Below are positions 38,148 through 45,086 of a DNA stretch of 45,086 nucleotides, one piece after another. This DNA is from Verrucomicrobiales bacterium (GTDB taxonomy: Bacteria > Verrucomicrobiota > Verrucomicrobiia > Verrucomicrobiales > V1-33), in NCBI GenBank assembly GCA_031411295.1, contig JANOAV010000066.1, positions 1 through 45,086 of the forward strand. The letters are read 5' to 3'. The translations under genes were made by a program, and so were the position numbers. The notes under the pieces are model-generated. The model worked only from the letters and a program-made list of their open reading frames with translations, was not told where the DNA came from and did no database searches. Numbering within the stretch: the first letter of the stretch is position 1; every line of letters begins with the position of its first letter.

Positions 38148-39881
38148 ATGAAGCGCGCGACAAATACCATGGGTGGAGGCTGCCTGGCCCTGTTTGGACT
38201 TCCTTTTCTCTTGGCTGGACTGGCCATGACAGGCTGGTTCTATTTCAATGCGGTGCGCTGGTGGCAATCCCAAAGCTGGGAAGAAGTCCCGTGCACCATC
38301 GTAGCCGCAGGCCTGACCACCAGCCACGGGAAGTCCACCACGTATCGGGCCACGGCCACCTACCGCTATTGGTTCGCTGGCCATTTTTATACCAGCGAAC
38401 GGGTTTCCATTTCGGCAGGGGGAGACAACATCAGTGCATTCCATCAACAGGTGCATCAGGAACTCAGCCGCTACGTTCCAAAACCGGGCTCCACCGAAGA
38501 TCCCCGTGAATTCCGTTGCTACGTCAACCCCGCAGACCCCAGCGAAGCCATGCTTTACCGCACCTTGCGATGGCAGATGCAGGCCTTTCTCACCATTTTC
38601 TGTCTAACCTTCCCCGCCGCGGGAGCGGGCCTGGTGCTGTCCGGTCTAGTGGCCATGCGCACCAGCCGGCAACGGGCCTGCTTAGAAACATCCTATCCCG
38701 CCGAGCCCTGGAACTGGGAACCGGGAGCAGCAGCAAAAATGCTTCCCCCGAGCAATCAAGGCGTTGCGCGCGCCCTCTATTTTTATACCGCGTGGGCCGG
38801 ACTGATCATCTCTTGCCTGCTCGCGACCACCTATCTGAGCGGAGCCTTCACACGCGAACCAACCGCTTGGTTGCTGCTCATTTTCTTGGGCCTCTGGTGC
38901 CTCCCTGCTTGGTTTGCCCTGCGTCGTTGGCGCTTGGGACGCATGGTCGGGAAACTTCATTTCGTTCCCGAGACGCTCCCCGCCATTCCCGGCACCTGGT
39001 TTCGCGGGGCCATCACGTTCCAAAAACCACTCCCCACCGCAGGCTTGGCCGACCTTTCCCTCAAATGCTCCAAAACATCCGGGCAGGGAAAACAATCCAC
39101 GACGGAGGAGGTTTGGCAGCATGAAGATTCCGTTCCCCTGAGCGAGGGAGCCATGCAAATCCCCGTAAACCTAGCGCTGCCGGCAGATGCTCTAGAGACA
39201 ATTCAGGATAGTTCTACCGGCGGAGCCATCGCCTGGAAACTATGCCTCACCCTTCCGGGAAATGGAGCCGACACCGAATTTGTCATTCCCGTTTACCACA
39301 CGAATACTCCCTCCGCACCAAGTGCCCCGCAGAGGGCGTCCATTATGGCAACGGCCACGCAGGACCTGACCGAAACTCTCGCCCAACACAAGATCAGTCT
39401 CAGCCTCGACGAAACTGGTCTTCCGCAAACCATCGAAAGCGGTAGCAGGTTCGCCATCCCGATAACGATTTTCGCGCTGGTTTTCACGGTGGTGGGCATT
39501 GCCCTTGCGCCCGCCCTCGCCCGCGTCCCACAATCTTCCTCATTCCTCGAGAGCATATTCTTTGTGGCAAGATTTGCCCCCTTCTTTGCCGTTTGGGGAT
39601 TCGCGCTGGCTGCGTGGCTCAAGCGCACGGTGCAAATCTCAGGCGATCGACTGACCATAGATCATGCCATCGGTCCCATGCACTGGGTCAAGGAATTTAC
39701 CAAGGCTGACATCGCAGAATTCTACCACGATTCCAACACACAAGTTAACAACGTCCCCTCCTATCGCGTCCGCCTGGCCTCGACCTCCGGCAAAAAGGCT
39801 ACTCTAACCCATGACATCAAAGGTGAAAGCCCAGCCGCCGCGCTGGCCCAACTCTTGGATCAATGGCAGGAAGTCCCTTAA
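38148..39881 (+). CDS. DUF3592-containing multi-pass membrane protein
   Basis: GCLALFGLPFLLAG..SWEEVPCTI..Y.Y...G..Y.S.R..CYVNPADPSEAML; several TM pairs. Confidence 0.75.
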   Translation: MKRATNTMGGGCLALFGLPFLLAGLAMTGWFYFNAVRWWQSQSWEEVPCTIVAAGLTTSHGKSTTYRATATYRYWFAGHFYTSERVSISAGGDNISAFHQQVHQELSRYVPKPGSTEDPREFRCYVNPADPSEAMLYRTLRWQMQAFLTIFCLTFPAAGAGLVLSGLVAMRTSRQRACLETSYPAEPWNWEPGAAAKMLPPSNQGVARALYFYTAWAGLIISCLLATTYLSGAFTREPTAWLLLIFLGLWCLPAWFALRRWRLGRMVGKLHFVPETLPAIPGTWFRGAITFQKPLPTAGLADLSLKCSKTSGQGKQSTTEEVWQHEDSVPLSEGAMQIPVNLALPADALETIQDSSTGGAIAWKLCLTLPGNGADTEFVIPVYHTNTPSAPSAPQRASIMATATQDLTETLAQHKISLSLDETGLPQTIESGSRFAIPITIFALVFTVVGIALAPALARVPQSSSFLESIFFVARFAPFFAVWGFALAAWLKRTVQISGDRLTIDHAIGPMHWVKEFTKADIAEFYHDSNTQVNNVPSYRVRLASTSGKKATLTHDIKGESPAAALAQLLDQWQEVP

Positions 39882-39905
39882 GAACGTGGCGAGGCTGTCC
39901 CAGCC

Positions 39906-40691
39906 TCAGTTTGGCGGCTTGCAGGATTTGGAGATTTTCGCGTAATACGCCCGAGCCAAAATAACTCCAGCCACTACTAACGCGCAAACAATTCCCGTTA
40001 CTTGCCAAGCATACTGGGTTACAATTGGTGCCAGCGAGTCCGCGCGCCGGGCCTCCGTTCCTCCAATCCTCAAGGCCTCATTTAATGGCGTTTTTCGGGC
40101 GGGCAATTCCGCTCCCTTAGCTTTGATTTCCGGCACGGGAACATTTGTTCCTTTGATTTGAGCGCTTACCGTGGAGTCGGCTGGATGGTATTTCACTTGG
40201 GTGCCCGCTGTGGTCTCCAAGCGAACGTGGTTGGCGGCATCTGTTTCTAGCATCAAATTCACAATCGTCAGTCCCTCGCTCCCCAGATGCACATCCCCCC
40301 AGCGCAGATCCATCTCATAAGCTTGATTTGGCTGAAGATGAAATCTCTCAGGGCTAAAGGATATTTTCGTCACCACGCTGGCGTGAGGTAATAACTCCTG
40401 AGTTATCTGGGACATCCGGCCGCTGCTGACCTCGAATTTTTCGCCCCCTCGCAGACCGATCCGAAAACGAAATCCACCGAGTGGTTTCTCCGTATAGTAA
40501 ATCCCATGATCGGTATTGTTAGTTACCGTAAACTCCACGTCATTTCCGGATCCGACATCAATGATACCTATGTCCAGCGGTTCTCCATGCGTCGCGACTG
40601 TCCATCCGATAAAAATCCCGAGATGAATCAAGCGACCGGCCGTTGCTCGTGGTAGTTTCGAGGTGGCATTTTTCAGAATTAGCGGGCTCAT
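39906..40691 (-). CDS. Hypothetical exported protein with C-terminal TM anchor
   Basis: 261-aa ORF filling the gap; hydrophobic N-terminal segment, C-terminal TM followed by basic tail; lower GC than neighbours. Confidence 0.55.
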   Translation of the reverse strand: MSPLILKNATSKLPRATAGRLIHLGIFIGWTVATHGEPLDIGIIDVGSGNDVEFTVTNNTDHGIYYTEKPLGGFRFRIGLRGGEKFEVSSGRMSQITQELLPHASVVTKISFSPERFHLQPNQAYEMDLRWGDVHLGSEGLTIVNLMLETDAANHVRLETTAGTQVKYHPADSTVSAQIKGTNVPVPEIKAKGAELPARKTPLNEALRIGGTEARRADSLAPIVTQYAWQVTGIVCALVVAGVILARAYYAKISKSCKPPN

Positions 40692-40719
40692 GATTTACAA
40701 CAAAGGCTGGATATCCTCT

Positions 40720-41748
40720 TCACCGCCCACGCACCCACAGCGCAACCGCCTTGGCCATCTGACTCACCAACGCTTCACCATTGGTCGGCTTGGTGGCCAA
40801 CCCTGCATTGATCACTGGCATGAGCAGGAAACGCTTCCCGGAGTCGTGCTCATCATCAATATAAGCCAAGTCCATGGCGTAGCTGCTGATGACGCCGCAT
40901 TTGTGATAGAACTTCGCTCGCGGGAACACTTCCTCACCCGCCTTGGTCCAGGCGAATGGCCCGGAGTCAGCATTGCGCGTCTCCAACCCCGTGAATCCCC
41001 CACCCCCATGACGCAGTAACGTCAGTTGCTCAGCAGTCAGCTTATACTGTTCATTAGCTGGCAGCATCTCATGAAAGAGCACGCGACGCAGGCATTCCGC
41101 CATTTCGCCAGCGGTGGTCACGTTGCCCAACTTGGCATCAATTACGGTGGCTCCGCGCGCTGCAGAATAGGCGGTCCCGTCCCAGCGATGCTCCATTTTG
41201 ACTTCCTTGCCTGCGCCATCCCGCAAGGTGATCCGCTGGGGTTGCTCTAGCACGTAGCCGTAAGGCCGACCAGCACTATTGACATAGCCGCGCATCACGG
41301 CCGATTTCTCAAACCCCTTCCCCCCCACGAGGAACTGCGTATTCATCCGCGTCACCCCAACCCAGCGCAACAACAGCGTGTAATCCTCGTTGGACGATCT
41401 CCGACACACTTCGCTGATCATTTCTGGAACTGAGCGCGCACAGTCCAACTGCCAACTTCCTTCGACTTGACGCTCGAACGACACGACCGTGTCCAGTCCT
41501 AATCCGTGCTCCGTCAACGTTTCCAGCGCTGCCACCATGGCGTAAAGTTTGATGCAACTGGCGGGCCAGAAATTCTGCAACTCTGCCGTCTGCTTATATT
41601 GATAATGCTCGAAGCGAGTCTCCGCCCCCGTTCCTTCCACCACCACAATGGCCGCCCATTTATCGAAATCCGGGCCCACTGCTACCAACGCCAAGTCCAA
41701 CTCAGGATCGCTTTTCCAGACGGTCTTTAATTCACTCATAAAATTCAA
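40720..41748 (-). CDS. Serine hydrolase of the class A beta-lactamase/PBP-like fold
   Basis: SxxK (PASCIK), SxN (SSN), KTG-like (HKCG), NVTTAGEMA. Start may be 41739. Confidence 0.75.
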   Translation of the reverse strand: MNFMSELKTVWKSDPELDLALVAVGPDFDKWAAIVVVEGTGAETRFEHYQYKQTAELQNFWPASCIKLYAMVAALETLTEHGLGLDTVVSFERQVEGSWQLDCARSVPEMISEVCRRSSNEDYTLLLRWVGVTRMNTQFLVGGKGFEKSAVMRGYVNSAGRPYGYVLEQPQRITLRDGAGKEVKMEHRWDGTAYSAARGATVIDAKLGNVTTAGEMAECLRRVLFHEMLPANEQYKLTAEQLTLLRHGGGGFTGLETRNADSGPFAWTKAGEEVFPRAKFYHKCGVISSYAMDLAYIDDEHDSGKRFLLMPVINAGLATKPTNGEALVSQMAKAVALWVRGR

Positions 41749-41753
41749 TTTTA

Positions 41754-44700
41754 CTAACGTTTAACCACAAACCGGTAGAACCTACGCCCGCCAACAGTTG
41801 TCGGCAAGGTCCATCGCATGGTTTGCATCCCCCCGGAAACATCAATCACGCTGGAGGTCAAGGCGGAGGCAGTCCAAGTCACGAGATCGGGGGTGTCCTC
41901 CAAACTGTAAGCCAGACACTCCTGCCCACCCGCCACTCGAACGCGCACTTGGAGCACATTTCCCAGCAGACTCAGTGGATTCACCGAACCCTGCAACGGG
42001 CTGGAAGCGACCGCGTATTCCAGCAAATTACTCAGCCCGTCTCCATCTGGATCCTCCAGCAGGGCACGATTCAAGCCAGTGAGCGACTGGGCACTAGCCC
42101 ATTGCAAATAAAGGTCCGTCACTGCCGGAGCGACCCCAAATCCAGTTAGAGAATCTGTCGTGCTAACTGTAACGAATCGCGTGCTTGGGTCTGTGAAGCC
42201 CGTGGTCCCCGTCCCAAGGCAGGACTTCAGCTCCAGACTCTGATTGGCCGTGGCAACCCCGCCACCAGCCCACGCCGTGCCCGGGTCCTGACCAATGGTG
42301 CCGAAGACATCCATTCGGGTGTAGTTGAAGAGCACCTCCAGTGCATCGTTCCCATTGTAGGTAAAGGAATCTTTCCAGAACCGCACCTTGCCCAGCGCAT
42401 CATAGAAGGGCGTGCCAGTGGGAGCCGTCGTCGGCGTGTAAAGTGCATCCGCCAGGATGATGCCCTGCGCCAGCAAATACTCCCCTATCGCAGCATCTCC
42501 AATCACAAGCACTTGATTGGCATCCAGCGTTCCGACAGTTACCTTGGCTTCGTTCACGCCGACCGTATCGCCATTGGTGTAGCGTTTCACCGTGAGGGGC
42601 TGTCGGGAAAAATCCAGCGTCACGCCCGACTGATTCCACAGTTCGATGCCCTTCGGACCGCTGCTGTTGGCAGGCTCCAAGTATTGACTAACCACAACTT
42701 GTCCACCCGCCTCCTGATTCCGAATTTCAAAAGTCGCCTTGCCATTAAACCATCCGCTCGCGGCAGCCGACACGGTTACAAGCCGATGTGGCTCTACTGC
42801 CTTCGGATGCAAAATTTCCACCGGTATTTGGACCGAGGTTTGGCTGCCGGTAAATGTTATCGAACTGACCGGCAGTCGAAATCTCCCCGCTGTGCGAGCA
42901 CTTAGATTAACCGTAACCGGGGTGGATCCGGGCGCTTGGGACAAGGTTAGATTTAGCGTTAGCGAATTCGTGGTCGCTTCATTTACAAAGGCCACGGACG
43001 GGGTTAAAGTGAGTTTCGGCATCGCCCCCAAGGCCACATCCGCAAAGACCGCAAAGTGATCTGAGGCCACGAAGCTGGTGTCTGCGGCAGGCGCAGCACC
43101 CGTCTTCAGCAAACCGTCGAACGCGGCCTCCAGCCGACTGTTGTAAACTTCACCAGCAAACAACCCAGCCGAGGTGATGGGCGTTGGTGCGAAAATGTAA
43201 TCCAGCCGGGCATTCCCCGCTGCGTTATAAGTGATTCGTGTGCTCCCATCCGCCTGCCGCGTCTCGGGCGCGGCTAGATTTACCCCAGCGAGTGCAGCAT
43301 GGGGGAACCGATCATACGGCAGCGTGATTCCATTGGCCCCAGCAATGTCAGCCCCCAGCACAAACGAAGCCGGAAGCTTCGCGCCATCCGAAAACGTGAA
43401 GGTGCTGGTATTGATGCCTGTAAAATAACTAGCCGTCTGCGGCATATCATCTTGCTCGTTGAAGTCCCCCAGCACGAACGCGTTTTTCGTTAGTCCATCA
43501 TAGCCCTGAGCGGCAAGAAACTGGGTGATGCGATAGGTCTCCACGGCCCGCCGGAAACGGTCAGGCTCGGTGCCCGAGGCTTTCAGATGCACGACCACAA
43601 AGGCCGGATCACTCGCGGCGGGAACGCCCGGCACATCCACGGTCACGAACAAAGGATAACGCGCCATTTCCGCCCGACCCGCCACCCCACGGTTAATCTG
43701 CCGCACGGAAGCCACGTTAATGGGAAATTTACTAGCCAGACAGACACATTGCGTCGTGCTCCCAGCATCACCTGGAACATAGGAAGTAAAATATTGCCCG
43801 GTCGCTGGATCGATCCCGTTCGCTGCGAAATACAGATTCGATGTCTGAAACCCCAACTCATTCAGCAACGATTTCATTTCCGCGAAATCATTAGCCGAAT
43901 CCACTTCCTCAAAGCCGATCACCTGCGGATCGATCCTCGCCAACTCATCGCGCACGGCATTGTAGGCCGCCGAACCTGGCGTGTTGACTCCAAAGAGCAC
44001 ATTCAAACAAGCCACCCGCAGCACGCCCGTGAAGGTCGGCGGCGGAGCATCGACGTCCCGCACCGTGAGACTAACTGATTTCCCAGGATAGACCGCAGCA
44101 CCATCGCTCATGCTAATGGTCACCACCTGATTGCCATCCACCACCCCGTCGTTCACCACGGTGACCGGGAAGGTCACGCTCCCGGTCGTTCCCACCACCA
44201 CCGAGGCTGGCACCGTGGCCTCCGTCGCATCAGAACTAGTGAGCGTAATGGTGCGCGGACTGCTTGGCGGAGGACTCAACTGCACCGCAGCCACCACGGT
44301 GTTAGCGCCAACCGTTTCGTCCACAGCCAGAATATTGAGTGTTAGATTGGAGGCATAAACTACCGTCCCCAACGTCTGCCCATTGTTTAGACTGCCAGGA
44401 GTGGCAGCTGCCGAAACCGCCCAAGTGAAGTTTCCATAGCTGGTGCCAGTGCCAGTTAATTGCAGCGAGGTTCCGGCAACTGGCGGGGTGGATTCCGAAA
44501 CTGGCAGATTCGTGGAGGTCATCCCATTCGCCACCCCCGTCCCGCCAATCATCACCCCTTCCCAACTCAAAAATTGCACCACTTGGGCCGTGGATTTTTT
44601 ATACAACGCCACCCCGTCGTTGGAACCATTCTCAATGCCGGGAATATCAAACCACCGCACCCCGTAACCAGCACCTAAATCACTAATAACCCCCGTTAAG

Positions 44701-44966
44701 TTCACCGTGCCGACTCCCGAAAGCGGAGCCGGAGTGGTGCTTGAACCTCCTCCATTGTAAAACACTAAACTATAGTCTGCCAAATCCGTCCCCGCCGGCC
44801 CCGCTATTTCAATCCCCTCCCCGGTATCGGTGCTTACGTTGTCATAGTGCAGTTCATTAATAAATACCGTCTGCGCTGAGGCCGAGGATGCCACAGAAAG
44901 CCAGATGCTCCAGCTGAAAAGCAGCCAGAACCGCGCATGCTGCGCCAATGAGGAGGGGGGACGCAT
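41754..44966 (-). CDS. Secreted endonuclease/exonuclease/phosphatase (EEP) protein with lamin-tail and Calx-beta-like domains
   Basis: VFINELHYDN..GEGIEIAG; CLNV, GFEEVD, VHLKA, LGDFNE, LDYIF, SDH; C-terminal DPDGDGLSNLLEYA module. Confidence 0.9.
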   Translation of the reverse strand: MRPPSSLAQHARFWLLFSWSIWLSVASSASAQTVFINELHYDNVSTDTGEGIEIAGPAGTDLADYSLVFYNGGGSSTTPAPLSGVGTVNLTGVISDLGAGYGVRWFDIPGIENGSNDGVALYKKSTAQVVQFLSWEGVMIGGTGVANGMTSTNLPVSESTPPVAGTSLQLTGTGTSYGNFTWAVSAAATPGSLNNGQTLGTVVYASNLTLNILAVDETVGANTVVAAVQLSPPPSSPRTITLTSSDATEATVPASVVVGTTGSVTFPVTVVNDGVVDGNQVVTISMSDGAAVYPGKSVSLTVRDVDAPPPTFTGVLRVACLNVLFGVNTPGSAAYNAVRDELARIDPQVIGFEEVDSANDFAEMKSLLNELGFQTSNLYFAANGIDPATGQYFTSYVPGDAGSTTQCVCLASKFPINVASVRQINRGVAGRAEMARYPLFVTVDVPGVPAASDPAFVVVHLKASGTEPDRFRRAVETYRITQFLAAQGYDGLTKNAFVLGDFNEQDDMPQTASYFTGINTSTFTFSDGAKLPASFVLGADIAGANGITLPYDRFPHAALAGVNLAAPETRQADGSTRITYNAAGNARLDYIFAPTPITSAGLFAGEVYNSRLEAAFDGLLKTGAAPAADTSFVASDHFAVFADVALGAMPKLTLTPSVAFVNEATTNSLTLNLTLSQAPGSTPVTVNLSARTAGRFRLPVSSITFTGSQTSVQIPVEILHPKAVEPHRLVTVSAAASGWFNGKATFEIRNQEAGGQVVVSQYLEPANSSGPKGIELWNQSGVTLDFSRQPLTVKRYTNGDTVGVNEAKVTVGTLDANQVLVIGDAAIGEYLLAQGIILADALYTPTTAPTGTPFYDALGKVRFWKDSFTYNGNDALEVLFNYTRMDVFGTIGQDPGTAWAGGGVATANQSLELKSCLGTGTTGFTDPSTRFVTVSTTDSLTGFGVAPAVTDLYLQWASAQSLTGLNRALLEDPDGDGLSNLLEYAVASSPLQGSVNPLSLLGNVLQVRVRVAGGQECLAYSLEDTPDLVTWTASALTSSVIDVSGGMQTMRWTLPTTVGGRRFYRFVVKR

Positions 44967-45086
44967 GATTTAAGCCACTGCTTTAGCACGAACCCGGCCC
45001 TCCACGCCAGCAACAAATGCGACATTCAGCGAATCCGCCATGGCGGATTTTACACGGGCCTCTTCCCAAGGTGTGGGGCTTTGAAA

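Noticed and set aside
1..45086. tRNA, rRNA, integrase or transposase genes
   Set aside because: None recognised by eye; tRNAscan/Infernal and HMM searches would be needed to exclude them fully.

Overview
Bacterial DNA of moderately high GC, most likely Verrucomicrobiota (inferred from protein architectures, C-terminal domains and REP types). Both flanks hold large secreted multidomain proteins (choice-of-anchor D/beta-propeller, FG-GAP, autotransporter-repeat, CotH/LamG, metzincin, diheme-PA14, EEP nuclease) plus housekeeping genes (glutathione peroxidase, nth, 3D lipoprotein). Six of the secreted proteins share one C-terminal module. The centre is a ~10.1-kb integrase-free island (about 22152-32406) bounded by a ~165-bp imperfect direct repeat that duplicates the 3' ends of two convergent host genes. 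The island carries (i) two paralogous DUF4062(TIR-like)-coiled coil-TM-TPR receptor-like genes, (ii) a TIR + STAND-ATPase gene coupled to a separate helical/TPR gene (split NLR-like pair), and (iii) between them a REP-bracketed cassette: candidate sigma70 promoter, a 13 x 21-bp array with conserved core and variable 8-nt tails, and an uncharacterised helical + FN3/Ig-like gene. The array cassette and the island are the best candidates for an undescribed system. All domain calls come from reading motifs by eye, not from database searches.
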